From: Pseudobutyrivibrio sp.
GTDB taxonomy: Bacteria > Bacteroidota > Bacteroidia > Bacteroidales > Marinilabiliaceae
Length of the DNA stretch: 64,000 bases
Direction: 5' to 3'
NCBI GenBank assembly: GCA_963639155.1
Contig: CAVHUG010000010.1
Span: 47,610-111,609, forward strand
The position numbers and the translations under genes were made by a program. Of this stretch, positions 27,654-36,681 are shown in pieces. The first letter of the stretch is position 1. Each line of letters begins with the position of its first letter. The notes beneath the pieces were generated by a model that saw only the letters and a list, made by a program, of their open reading frames with translations, had not been told where the DNA came from and did not search any database.

Positions 27654-28847
27654 GTGAGCAATAAGGCGACAGGAGCTTTGACCGCAGCCGAGTGTAAAAC
27701 TTTGGCGTGCCGTCTGAAGTGCGCAGTCATAATCCCCACATATAATAATGTGGGAACCATTGCGCATGTCTGCGAGGAGGCTTCGGAGTGGTGCAAAGAC
27801 GTGTTCGTGGTCAATGACGGGTCGACAGACGGGACTGGCGAGATATTGGCAACAAAGCCGGGAGGGGTGACCGTCATAGAATATCCCGACGGGAAGAACA
27901 GGGGCAAGGGCTACGCATTGATGACGGGGCTTAAACACGTCAGGTCGTTAGGGTTCGAGCGAGCCGTGACGATGGATGCCGACGGACAGCATTTCGCATG
28001 CGACATAGCAACCCTTCTTGTTGAGGAGGAACTGTTCCCCGGCTCATTCATCATCGGCGCGCGTAACATAGAGGCCGACGGCATGCCTCACAAGAACACT
28101 TTCGCCAACAAGTTCTCGAATTTCTGGTTCAAAATGTTCACCCTTGAGACCCTGAGCGACACGCAGAGTGGTTTCCGCCTCTATCCGCTGTCCGACGTTG
28201 TCGGAATGAAACTCTACACGCCGCGTTACGAGATGGAGATGGAGGTGGCGGTGCGTCTTGCGTGGCGAGGCGTGAGGGTTGTGAACGTCCCTGTCGGCGT
28301 GTGCTACCCCGAGGACAGGGTGAGCCATTTCCGCCCGGGGCGTGACTTTTTGAGGATCAGCCTGTTGAACTGCGTGCTGTTCATTGTGGCGTTGCTGTGG
28401 TTCTATCCTGTTAAATTTTGGCGATGGTTGCGCAATGGCGACTGGCGCAGCTGGCTTGACCGGAACCTGTTGCATAGTGGCGAGAGTACTGAGCGGTTGG
28501 CGTCGGCCGTGGCGGCTGGCGCCATGATGTCTGTCATGCCCTTTTGGGGTTTCCAGACTGTGGCGGCCATTTGTTTTGCGCAGTTGATGGGGCTTAACAA
28601 GATCGTGGCTGCCGCGGCGGCGAATATCAGCTTGCCGCCATTCATCCCGTTAATCGTGTATGCGGGGATGCATCTTGGCGGCATATTCTTGGGGATTGAC
28701 GTGAAGCTGTCGCCGGCCGACGCGACGATGGAGTCTGTCGGGGACAATATGTTGGCATTCTGCATAGGATCTGTTATTTTAGGAGTCGGCTTAGGTACTA
28801 TCGTCTGGCCTTTGGCATGGATTTTCATTAGGCAGTTGCGCCAATGA
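27654..28847 (+). CDS. Family-2 glycosyltransferase fused to a DUF2062 membrane domain
   Basis: The GT2 N-terminus has VIIPTYNN...VVNDGSTDGT...MDADGQH. The C-terminus ERLASAVAAGAMMSVMPFWGFQTVAAICFAQLMGLNKIVAAAAANISLPPFIPLIVY is DUF2062-like. The only upstream start is GTG at 27654, with in-frame TTG alternatives. The stop overlaps the next ATG (ATGA). Confidence 0.75.
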   Translation: MSNKATGALTAAECKTLACRLKCAVIIPTYNNVGTIAHVCEEASEWCKDVFVVNDGSTDGTGEILATKPGGVTVIEYPDGKNRGKGYALMTGLKHVRSLGFERAVTMDADGQHFACDIATLLVEEELFPGSFIIGARNIEADGMPHKNTFANKFSNFWFKMFTLETLSDTQSGFRLYPLSDVVGMKLYTPRYEMEMEVAVRLAWRGVRVVNVPVGVCYPEDRVSHFRPGRDFLRISLLNCVLFIVALLWFYPVKFWRWLRNGDWRSWLDRNLLHSGESTERLASAVAAGAMMSVMPFWGFQTVAAICFAQLMGLNKIVAAAAANISLPPFIPLIVYAGMHLGGIFLGIDVKLSPADATMESVGDNMLAFCIGSVILGVGLGTIVWPLAWIFIRQLRQ

Positions 28848-31800
28848 GCAGGTTTTTCTTGAAGATTTCAGAGTGGCTCGGTAAGGGTCGTGCGCGGTTG
28901 TGGCTGCTTATGGCGGTCGTGACTGCGTTTGTCATATTTGGGGCGTCGCGCTTGAAAGTGTCGGAGGACCTGGCTGATTTCTTTCCCGAGGAGGACCGTG
29001 GGCATCTTGAGGTGCTTGGTCGTCTGCGATCAATGGACAGGCTGACGTTTATCCTTGAGGCTCAGGCGGTGCGGTCTACCGACGCGTCGCCATCGATGGG
29101 GGCGGGCGAGAGGCTTGTAGACGCTGGCGAGTTACTTGCCGGGCGTTTGGAGACGGCTTTTGAGGGCGAGGCGCAAGTGCAGCTGTATTACGGAACCGAG
29201 GTCACAGACTCTATGGCGGCATTTGTCTACCGCCACTTGCCCGTTTTGCTTACGGAAAAAGATTATGCGACCGTCGACTCACTGTTTCGTCCCGAGACGA
29301 TCGGCGATCGGTTGCGGCTGGTGAGGGAACTATTGTTGTCGCCTGCGGGTAGCGAGTTGTCTCCCTACTTGGGGCGCGATCCACTGCTGCTCGGGTTGCC
29401 TGTTTTGGGACGATTGAGAGATTTGGGCGTTACAAGGACTTTGAGCATGGACGACGGGTACCTTTTCTCGGCAGACGGGAAGAGGCTTTTGCTGTTCGTC
29501 GACTTGGCGTCGGACTTTATGAGCAAAACCGAGGGCGCGAGCGTCACGTCGCGAGTGCGCGAGTGCGTCGAGCGTCTGCATCGAGAAGATGGCGTGCAGG
29601 GCATAGATGTCTATTGCTATGGAGCGCCATTGGTGACGGAGGCTAACTCGGAATGCGTGAAGAGCGATGAGGTGCTGACCCTTGGCGTGTCGTTGTGCAT
29701 GTTGTTCGTCCTGCTGGTTCTCGTGTTTAGGAGCATTCGTTCTGTGGCCCTGCTTTTCGCGCCTGTCGCCTTTGGCGGCTTGTTCGCCATGGCGGTCACG
29801 GCCGCAATGGGCGTGGATCTGAGCCAGATGGCGTTGGGCGCGGGAGCCACGATCATGGGATTGGGGCTGAGCTACTCGATACATGTCGTGACGCATGGCG
29901 TCCACGTAAGCTCGGTAAGGCAGCTTATCGAGGAGATGGCGTGGCCGATGACCGTGGGCAGCGTGACGACGATAGGCGCATTTGTGGCATTGCTGTTCAC
30001 CAGCTCGGTCGTGCTGAGGGACATAGGTCTTTTCGCTTCATTGACGCTCGTGGGGACGCTGCTCTTCTGCCTTGTATTCCTGCCTCCGATGGTGAAGGTC
30101 GGGCCGAGCGGGCGCGGCTGGGCGTTCGGGTTGATGGAGCGAGTTGCCGGGTATGACTATTCGCGGAACAAATGGCTTGTCGGCGGCTTGTCGGTCGTCT
30201 TCGTGGTGTCGCTGTTCTTCTTTGGCGACGTGCGGTTCAATTGCGACATGTCGGAGCTTAACTATGAGGGAGACAGATGGTTGCAGAAATCACAGACGGT
30301 GATGGAGGAGACGCTCGGCGTTGGAGGACACGAGTCGGCAGTCATCGTGACAGGAGGTTCGGCGGAGGCGTTGGCAGACAATGCGGAGCGGTTTAGCTGC
30401 GTGGCGGACAGCCTGTTGGGCAATGGTCTCATGTCGGTAAAATCGATAGGGCGATGCGCCTTGCCAAGCCGCCACGTGGCGAGCGGCAGGGCGGAACTAT
30501 GGAATAAGATATTCAGTGCCGAGAGGGTCGATACGGTATTGTCTGTTTTGCGGAGCGAGGGTCGCGCCATGGGCTTTGCCGAAGGGGCGTTTGACGGCTT
30601 TGCGAGGCTTGTGGGGCAAAAGGCAGAGGGAGAGTGCGTCGGGGCCGAGGAGCTGATGCGGACGCCAGTATTTGGAGAATGGGTGAGCGAGGGCGACAGA
30701 GAATTGCTTATGAGCTACAGGTTGGAGGTCGACATGGATGTGAGGGACGAGGTTCTCAGCCGATTGGGAGACGTGGAAGGATGCGTCGTCGCGGACATGG
30801 GATATTACAGCCGCGAGGCGACGCGCCTCATGGTGGAAGACTTTAACTGGCTCTTGTGGCTCAGCTCGGTAATTGTCGCGGTGGCTCTGGTGCTGTCGTA
30901 TGGCAGGGTGGAGCTTTTCCTCTTGACCTTCATGCCGATGGTTGTGGGGTGGGTGATAATACTCGGGTTGATGGCGATATTTGGCGTGGAGTTCAACGTG
31001 GTGAACATCATCTTGTCGACATTCATCTTTGGCGTGGGCGACGACTACTCGATATTCATAATGGACGGTTTGCAGGGATGGTACGCACGCGGACGTCGCG
31101 TCATGGCAGGGCATAAGACGGCAATCATGCTGAGCGCGTTGGCCGCCATGGCAGGGTTGGGGGCTCAGGTCTTTGGTCGTCACCCGGCGGTCCATTCGTT
31201 GGGCATGATATCGATATTCGGACTGGCAGCCGTCATCGTGACGAGCTTCGTCGTGCAGCCCGTGCTGTTCCGGCTCCTTATCACCAACCCTGTGGAGCGT
31301 GGCGGCGTGCCATATACTTTGGCGTCGCTTGTCCGAGGCGTCGTGGCGTTCGGATTGTTTGGGATGTGCTGCCTTGTATGTGAGATTGTGGCGATTGCCA
31401 TATGGTGCGTAGTGAGGGACGGACGCAAGCGTAGTAGAGCAGTGCGGATTGTGGCTTGGCGCGTCATGAGGATGTACCTATGGGTGTGTCGTCCGATATT
31501 GAGGGTCGACAGTCCCGACGTGAGCCGTGGAGGTCAGGCTGTGGTGGTGTGTAACCACCAGTCGTTTTTAGACATATTGAGCCTTATGGGTTCGTCGCCA
31601 AACCTTGTGTTCGTGGTTAAGGGATGGGTCCGCAGGTCAGTGATATTAGGACCCTTGGCGGACGCCATGGGCTTCGTGTGCATCGATGATGGTGAGGGAG
31701 GAATGGCAATGGATGGCGTGAGGCGTGCCGTGGCGGATGGATGCTCGATCGTTGTGTTCCCCGAGGGAAGCAGGAGTGCTGACTGTCGAGTCAGAAGATT

Positions 31801-32362
31801 CCATAAGGGTGCGGCGTATATGGCGTCGGTCACCGGTTTGCCGCTGCGCCCCGTGGTGTTCTACGGCAATGGGCTGTCGGTCTCAAAGATCCAACCGCTC
31901 AACCTGATGCGTTGCGAGTTGGGGTGCGACGTCTTAGACGACGTGACTATTGACCGAGGGGCTGACGATGCGGAGGTGAAATCCGTGACCAAGCATTTGC
32001 AAGAAATCGTCTCGCGTCACTTGGCGGAGATGCGCAAAGAGCGCGACGCGAAGAACATATACTATCGCGACCTATTGTCGCGAGGCTACTTATATCGAGG
32101 AATTAAAGAGTACAAGGAGGCTGTGCGTTTTGCGCGTACGGCTGCCGAAAATGATATACCTGCCGCTGATGCCGATGGGCGCATCGACGTCGGAGCGTCG
32201 CCATTAGGGCAGCGCGCCTACTGGGTCGCCCTGTTGAGCGACGCCAAGACCGTCACAGCGACGGTGGAGAGCGACGAGGAGGCGGAATATTGCCAGAGGT
32301 CGCCCCTTTCCACATATCTTGCCGCTCGTGGGCGCGAGGTTCTGTGGAGGGTCATCAAGTAG
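28844..32362 (+). CDS. Fusion protein: MMPL/RND-type exporter (COG4258-like), PlsC/LPLAT acyltransferase, and an uncharacterised C-terminal region
   Basis: 1172 aa. Residues up to about 800 form two hydrophobic bundles with large loops, which is MMPL topology. The acyltransferase motifs VVCNHQSFLDI (HX4D) and VVFPEGSRS follow. The last roughly 130 aa have no motif I can assign. Confidence 0.75.
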   Translation: MSRFFLKISEWLGKGRARLWLLMAVVTAFVIFGASRLKVSEDLADFFPEEDRGHLEVLGRLRSMDRLTFILEAQAVRSTDASPSMGAGERLVDAGELLAGRLETAFEGEAQVQLYYGTEVTDSMAAFVYRHLPVLLTEKDYATVDSLFRPETIGDRLRLVRELLLSPAGSELSPYLGRDPLLLGLPVLGRLRDLGVTRTLSMDDGYLFSADGKRLLLFVDLASDFMSKTEGASVTSRVRECVERLHREDGVQGIDVYCYGAPLVTEANSECVKSDEVLTLGVSLCMLFVLLVLVFRSIRSVALLFAPVAFGGLFAMAVTAAMGVDLSQMALGAGATIMGLGLSYSIHVVTHGVHVSSVRQLIEEMAWPMTVGSVTTIGAFVALLFTSSVVLRDIGLFASLTLVGTLLFCLVFLPPMVKVGPSGRGWAFGLMERVAGYDYSRNKWLVGGLSVVFVVSLFFFGDVRFNCDMSELNYEGDRWLQKSQTVMEETLGVGGHESAVIVTGGSAEALADNAERFSCVADSLLGNGLMSVKSIGRCALPSRHVASGRAELWNKIFSAERVDTVLSVLRSEGRAMGFAEGAFDGFARLVGQKAEGECVGAEELMRTPVFGEWVSEGDRELLMSYRLEVDMDVRDEVLSRLGDVEGCVVADMGYYSREATRLMVEDFNWLLWLSSVIVAVALVLSYGRVELFLLTFMPMVVGWVIILGLMAIFGVEFNVVNIILSTFIFGVGDDYSIFIMDGLQGWYARGRRVMAGHKTAIMLSALAAMAGLGAQVFGRHPAVHSLGMISIFGLAAVIVTSFVVQPVLFRLLITNPVERGGVPYTLASLVRGVVAFGLFGMCCLVCEIVAIAIWCVVRDGRKRSRAVRIVAWRVMRMYLWVCRPILRVDSPDVSRGGQAVVVCNHQSFLDILSLMGSSPNLVFVVKGWVRRSVILGPLADAMGFVCIDDGEGGMAMDGVRRAVADGCSIVVFPEGSRSADCRVRRFHKGAAYMASVTGLPLRPVVFYGNGLSVSKIQPLNLMRCELGCDVLDDVTIDRGADDAEVKSVTKHLQEIVSRHLAEMRKERDAKNIYYRDLLSRGYLYRGIKEYKEAVRFARTAAENDIPAADADGRIDVGASPLGQRAYWVALLSDAKTVTATVESDEEAEYCQRSPLSTYLAARGREVLWRVIK

Positions 32363-32387
32363 CCGAATTTCTACCTATCTTTACGCT

Positions 32388-33101
32388 ATGAGGGTAGAAA
32401 AGGAGGAGGGTGTAGTACTCTCGGCGGTCAAATATGGCGAGAGCGGCGTCGTCGTCAACGTCTTGACACGCAGCGAGGGTCGCCGCGGCTTCATGGCGTC
32501 GGCAGGACGCGGACGAGGTCTCGTGTCGTCGATGCTTCTGCCCTTGTCGGTCATAGAGTTCGTCACGACGGGTCGCAAGCCGTCGCAGATGAGGCGTATG
32601 AGCGACGTCCACTTGAGCCACCCTTTCAAGTCGATACCCTTTTCGCCGTTGCGTCGGGCGGAGGCTTTCTTCATTGCCGAGCTGCTGTGCCATGCTGTGC
32701 CGGACGATGTGCCAGACCCCGACTTGTTCGACTTCGTGAGCGGAGCGGTCGCCGCCCTTGACGAGGGGATGGAGGGCGACTATAACTTCCACCTGTTCTT
32801 CATGATGCGTCTGGCGGACTATTTAGGTTTCGGACCAGACATCACCAGAGAGGGGATGCCTATTTTCGACATGGCGGCAGGCACGTGGGTGGCGACATTC
32901 CCGCCGCATCCCGATGTCGTCACGGGACGCATGGCGGACTTGTGGCACTGGGCGTCGAGCGTCGAGACGGGCGGCTTGGCAGAAATGCCCATGAGCCGCA
33001 TTGAGCGTCAGGAGCTTATAACCCTCATGACAAAATATTACCGATTGCACCAACCAGGGTTTCGCGACTTGTCGTCGCAACAAATCTTGGCGCAACTATA
33101 A
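32388..33101 (+). CDS. recO: DNA repair protein RecO (237 aa from the ATG at 32388)
   Basis: MRVEKEEGVVLSAVKYGESGVVVNVLT...LLPLSVIEF...SIPFSPLRRAEAFFIAELL...NFHLFFMMRLADYLGFGP is collinear with Bacteroidales RecO. Confidence 0.85.
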   Translation: MRVEKEEGVVLSAVKYGESGVVVNVLTRSEGRRGFMASAGRGRGLVSSMLLPLSVIEFVTTGRKPSQMRRMSDVHLSHPFKSIPFSPLRRAEAFFIAELLCHAVPDDVPDPDLFDFVSGAVAALDEGMEGDYNFHLFFMMRLADYLGFGPDITREGMPIFDMAAGTWVATFPPHPDVVTGRMADLWHWASSVETGGLAEMPMSRIERQELITLMTKYYRLHQPGFRDLSSQQILAQL

Positions 33102-33112
33102 AAATATTGAGA

Positions 33113-34411
33113 ATGTTCACACCTCATCCAGAGATTCAGTTCGCCTCGCCAGCCGAGATTAAGGTCTTCCAAGAGGAGCGTCTGCGCGAAGCCATAGCCT
33201 ATGCGGCTGCCAAGTCACCTTTTTACAAGAGGATGTTCTCAGAGACGGGTATCGACCCGCAGAGCATCCGTACCATTGAGGACTTGCGACGACTGCCGCT
33301 GACGACCAAGGCCGACTTGCAGAACAACAACGACGACTTCATCTGCGTCAGCCGCAACGAGATTGCCGACTACGTCACGACGAGCGGCACGCTTGGCGAG
33401 CCTGTCACTGTGGCACTTACGGCGAGCGACCTTGAGAGGCTGGCGTATAACGAGAAGCTGTCATTCAGCGTGGCAGGGTGCTCGGCAGACGACGTCATGC
33501 AGCTCATGGTGACACTCGACCGCAGGTTCATGGCCGGCTACGCATACTATCTTGGCGCAAGGGCGATGGGCATGGGCGTGTGCCGCGTAGGCAACGGAAT
33601 CCCCCAGTTGCAGTGGGACACCATAGGACGCGTGCGCCCCACGGTGGGAATGTGCGTGCCGTCATTCTTGATGAAACTGATAGACCATGCGGAGCAGAAC
33701 GGCATCGACCATCATGCGTCATCCGTAAAGAAATTCATCTGCATCGGCGAGGCGTTGCGCACCCCCGACGGTGAATATACAAAGCTTGGCAAGCAGATTG
33801 CCGCTCGATGGCCGGAGGTCAGCATGTACACGACCTACGCCTCGACTGAGATGCAAAGCTCGTTTACCGAGTGCGGGTGTTTCAACGGCGGGCATTGCCA
33901 GCCGGAGCTTATCATTGTCGAGCTGCTTGACGACGAGGGCAACCCCGTTGGCGAGGGGCAGGTAGGCGAGGTGACGATCACCACGTTGGGCATTGAGGGC
34001 ACGCCGCTCATCAGGTTCCGCACGGGCGACATGGTGAACCACTATACGGGCAAGTGCGGATGCGGCAGGCAGACGATGCGACTGGGCAGCGTGGTGGGCC
34101 GCAAGGGACAGATGATAAAATATAAGGGCACGACATTGTACCCCCCTGCCATATTCGACATTTTGGACGGCATACAGGGCGTCGTCAACTACGTCGTCGA
34201 GGTCTACACCAACGAGCTTGGTACCGACGAGGTGAGGGTGCGCGTCGGCTCGCGCGACGCGTCGGAGGCGTTCGCCAAGAAGATAAAGGACATATTCCGC
34301 GCCAAGGTGCGCGTCGCTCCGGGCGTGTCGTTCGAGAGCCCAGACTACATAAGCAAAATCATGTTTCCCCCGACGAGCCGTAAGGCCGTCAAATTCTTCG
34401 ACTTGCGATGA
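33113..34411 (+). CDS. PaaK/coenzyme-F390-synthetase-like adenylate-forming ligase
   Basis: Contains SPFYKRMFSETGIDP...LRRLPLTTKADL and the AMP-binding loop TTSGTLGEPV. The ORF-track start at 33107 is TTG and the first ATG is at 33113. The stop overlaps the next ATG (ATGA at 34408). Confidence 0.8.
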   Translation: MFTPHPEIQFASPAEIKVFQEERLREAIAYAAAKSPFYKRMFSETGIDPQSIRTIEDLRRLPLTTKADLQNNNDDFICVSRNEIADYVTTSGTLGEPVTVALTASDLERLAYNEKLSFSVAGCSADDVMQLMVTLDRRFMAGYAYYLGARAMGMGVCRVGNGIPQLQWDTIGRVRPTVGMCVPSFLMKLIDHAEQNGIDHHASSVKKFICIGEALRTPDGEYTKLGKQIAARWPEVSMYTTYASTEMQSSFTECGCFNGGHCQPELIIVELLDDEGNPVGEGQVGEVTITTLGIEGTPLIRFRTGDMVNHYTGKCGCGRQTMRLGSVVGRKGQMIKYKGTTLYPPAIFDILDGIQGVVNYVVEVYTNELGTDEVRVRVGSRDASEAFAKKIKDIFRAKVRVAPGVSFESPDYISKIMFPPTSRKAVKFFDLR

Positions 34412-35994
34412 ACGTGGACACCACAAACCTCAGCCTTGGGCAGTTCAAGGAGCAGGTTCTTGCCGACTACCGCATGGCCTACATGGGTCGCGAGATGCTG
34501 CGTGCCGCGCAGGTCGAGGCTGATTGCCACTACGTCACCCAGCTGAGCGACGTGGCGCAGGTGGCGTTGGCTCGTTTTGTCGAGCCTGACGACGCATATA
34601 TATCGGCGGGTTTGGACCTTACGGCGGAGATGTCCATGGGGCGGCAGACGGCTCGTGGCTTCTTCGGGTCGCTTTTCTCGGCTGCCGCCGATGTCTATTC
34701 CCACGGGTCGCCAAGCCGCATGGCGGTGGCTGTCGGCATGGCGTTGGCTGACGCTTCGGCTGGTCGGACGGGGAGGATAATAGTGTGCACGGCGTGCGGA
34801 GACTTTGGCACGGATGGCGACTTTCTGGAGTCGGTATGCTATGCGGCTGCGAGGTCGTTGCCGTTGTGCATCGTCTTGTGGAACAATAACGGCACGACAT
34901 CCAACGGCAACATGATACGTCAGCTTAGCGGCTTCGGGCAGACGGTCAAAGGTCGCAAGACCCTCTGCATAGAGGCGGTCAAGGGAGGCGACTACGCGGC
35001 ATTGTGCCGCATCATGATGACGCAGACAGACCGCTCGCGTCAGGGGCTTACGACGCTGACCTTTGTGAGCGGCTCGGAGGACGAGATGTCTCAATTCTCG
35101 CAGTGGCTTGAGGACCGTCAGATAGCGTCGCGCCAGCAGCTGTCGGGCGTAGAGGATGCGGCACGTCAGGAGGTGGAGCGCGAGAGGCGCGGCGCATACC
35201 TGACATCGCTCGTGGCGGACACTCCGTTACGGCACCCGCATCGCCAGTTGATGAACATGACGCACCTATATGGCGAGGCGGCCGTGTCTGTCATGCCAAT
35301 GACGTCGGCTCCCGGCGTGACGAACAAGGCGATAGGCGTGGCGCAAGCCGGGCTGCTGCCGGTCGTCGGGACGACGTCGGCCGACATAAGGGCGTCGCTC
35401 TTGACAAGCTACCCGGAGGTGAGTGTGGTGATGCGCACGACCGACATAGAGATTGGTGAGGTCATGGCATGCACGGCAGCCTCGACAGAGATATGGACAC
35501 CGGCATGCCATGCCGAGGCCGAGACGGCATACCGCGACTTGTTGTCCCGCCCGCGCCAGGCGGTGGTCATGGAACCCGGGGCGGCATCGGCGGAGGCTAG
35601 GACATCGTCGCCCGTCGCGGGCGGAGCGCAGAGGCTTACTGAGGGTGAGGACATAACACTCGTCTCCTTTGGTCCGACGACGCAACCTGCGGCTGACGCT
35701 ACGGCGCTTATGAAGCGTCAGAACTCGAGGGTGGAGCATATACACCTTGACACTCTGCGACCGCTCGACACGTCGGCTGTCGTGGGGGCGTCGCTGCGCA
35801 AGACGAAGCGGCTCGCCATAGTGGATTCCGACCCGTCCGGGTTGTCGGCACGGCTCATCGTGGCTCGATTGACGGAGACGCAAGACGCAATGCGCCACTT
35901 GATGATCCCACCCGCTATAATATGTCCGCAATCGGGGCTGCGGCCTGCCGAGCCGCATGATATATGCGTGGCGTTGTCGGCGATGCTGAATTAA
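34408..35994 (+). CDS. Fused 2-oxoacid dehydrogenase E1 alpha/beta-like TPP-dependent protein (shortened, divergent)
   Basis: The TPP motif CGDFGTDGDFLESVCYAAARSLPLCIVLWNNNGTTS aligns with the canonical E1-alpha FGDGATSEGDFHEALNFAA..LPVIFVCENNGYAIS. The C-terminal half is transketolase-C/E1-beta-like (ITLVSFG...HIHLDTLRPLD). At 528 aa it is shorter than the fused E1 enzymes I know. Confidence 0.65.
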   Translation: MNVDTTNLSLGQFKEQVLADYRMAYMGREMLRAAQVEADCHYVTQLSDVAQVALARFVEPDDAYISAGLDLTAEMSMGRQTARGFFGSLFSAAADVYSHGSPSRMAVAVGMALADASAGRTGRIIVCTACGDFGTDGDFLESVCYAAARSLPLCIVLWNNNGTTSNGNMIRQLSGFGQTVKGRKTLCIEAVKGGDYAALCRIMMTQTDRSRQGLTTLTFVSGSEDEMSQFSQWLEDRQIASRQQLSGVEDAARQEVERERRGAYLTSLVADTPLRHPHRQLMNMTHLYGEAAVSVMPMTSAPGVTNKAIGVAQAGLLPVVGTTSADIRASLLTSYPEVSVVMRTTDIEIGEVMACTAASTEIWTPACHAEAETAYRDLLSRPRQAVVMEPGAASAEARTSSPVAGGAQRLTEGEDITLVSFGPTTQPAADATALMKRQNSRVEHIHLDTLRPLDTSAVVGASLRKTKRLAIVDSDPSGLSARLIVARLTETQDAMRHLMIPPAIICPQSGLRPAEPHDICVALSAMLN

Positions 35995-36006
35995 GACACT
36001 AACAAG

Positions 36007-36624
36007 ATGAAAATGAGGAATATTGTCTCCCTTATGGTCATGATGCTCTGCTCGGCTGCCGTCATGGCGCAAGATGCGGCGAAGGCGAAGTTGGAGCGCG
36101 GCATAAGGGCGGCGTATGCAGAGATGGAGACGCTCACGTGCTCATACACGTTGGCGCGTAAGGTGAGCATGCTCACTGACGTGGCGCGGGAGGAAGGCGC
36201 GTTGACATATACGAAATCGCGTCGCACGCTGGTCTTGGCGAGCGTGACGACACCCGGCGACAGCACTATCATGACGCCCCTAAGCATCACGAGCGTCAGT
36301 GGCGGCAAGCGTCAGACCATGGATGCGATGAAAAACACGGCATTGCGCCAGATGTTGGACGTCATAACTGCGTGTTTCTCGGGCGACTTTGGCGCAGTGC
36401 GCTCGGCAGGCAACGTGTCAGTGCGAGATACGGGACCTACGACGGTCGTCGGCTTCACGCCGACAGACCGGAGAACTCTCAGGCACATAAGCTCTATCGA
36501 GTTGACGTTCGGCAACGACGACTACGGGCTGCGCCAGATGGTGGTGACTCAGAAGGGTGGCGATTTCATGGCCTACACCTTTGGAAAGAAAAAGACCCAA
36601 ACGCGCACCAAGAGCCGCAAATAG
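36007..36624 (+). CDS. LolA-like outer-membrane lipoprotein-carrier-fold protein (secreted)
   Basis: The signal peptide is MKMRNIVSLMVMMLCSAAVMAQ and the protein is about 200 aa. The call rests on size, the signal peptide and its position in an APE/flexirubin-like gene set, so the family assignment is moderate. Confidence 0.55.
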   Translation: MKMRNIVSLMVMMLCSAAVMAQDAAKAKLERGIRAAYAEMETLTCSYTLARKVSMLTDVAREEGALTYTKSRRTLVLASVTTPGDSTIMTPLSITSVSGGKRQTMDAMKNTALRQMLDVITACFSGDFGAVRSAGNVSVRDTGPTTVVGFTPTDRRTLRHISSIELTFGNDDYGLRQMVVTQKGGDFMAYTFGKKKTQTRTKSRK

Positions 36625-36650
36625 TGGCGGCTCATTTGGCTAATTATAAG

Positions 36651-36658
36651 TAATTTTG
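36651..36658 (+). promoter_or_regulatory. -7 promoter box TAATTTTG upstream of pheS
   Basis: Exact TAnnTTTG match, 23 nt upstream of the ATG at 36682. Confidence 0.55.
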
Positions 36659-36681
36659 CGCAAAAGCCTAAATACAGGACA

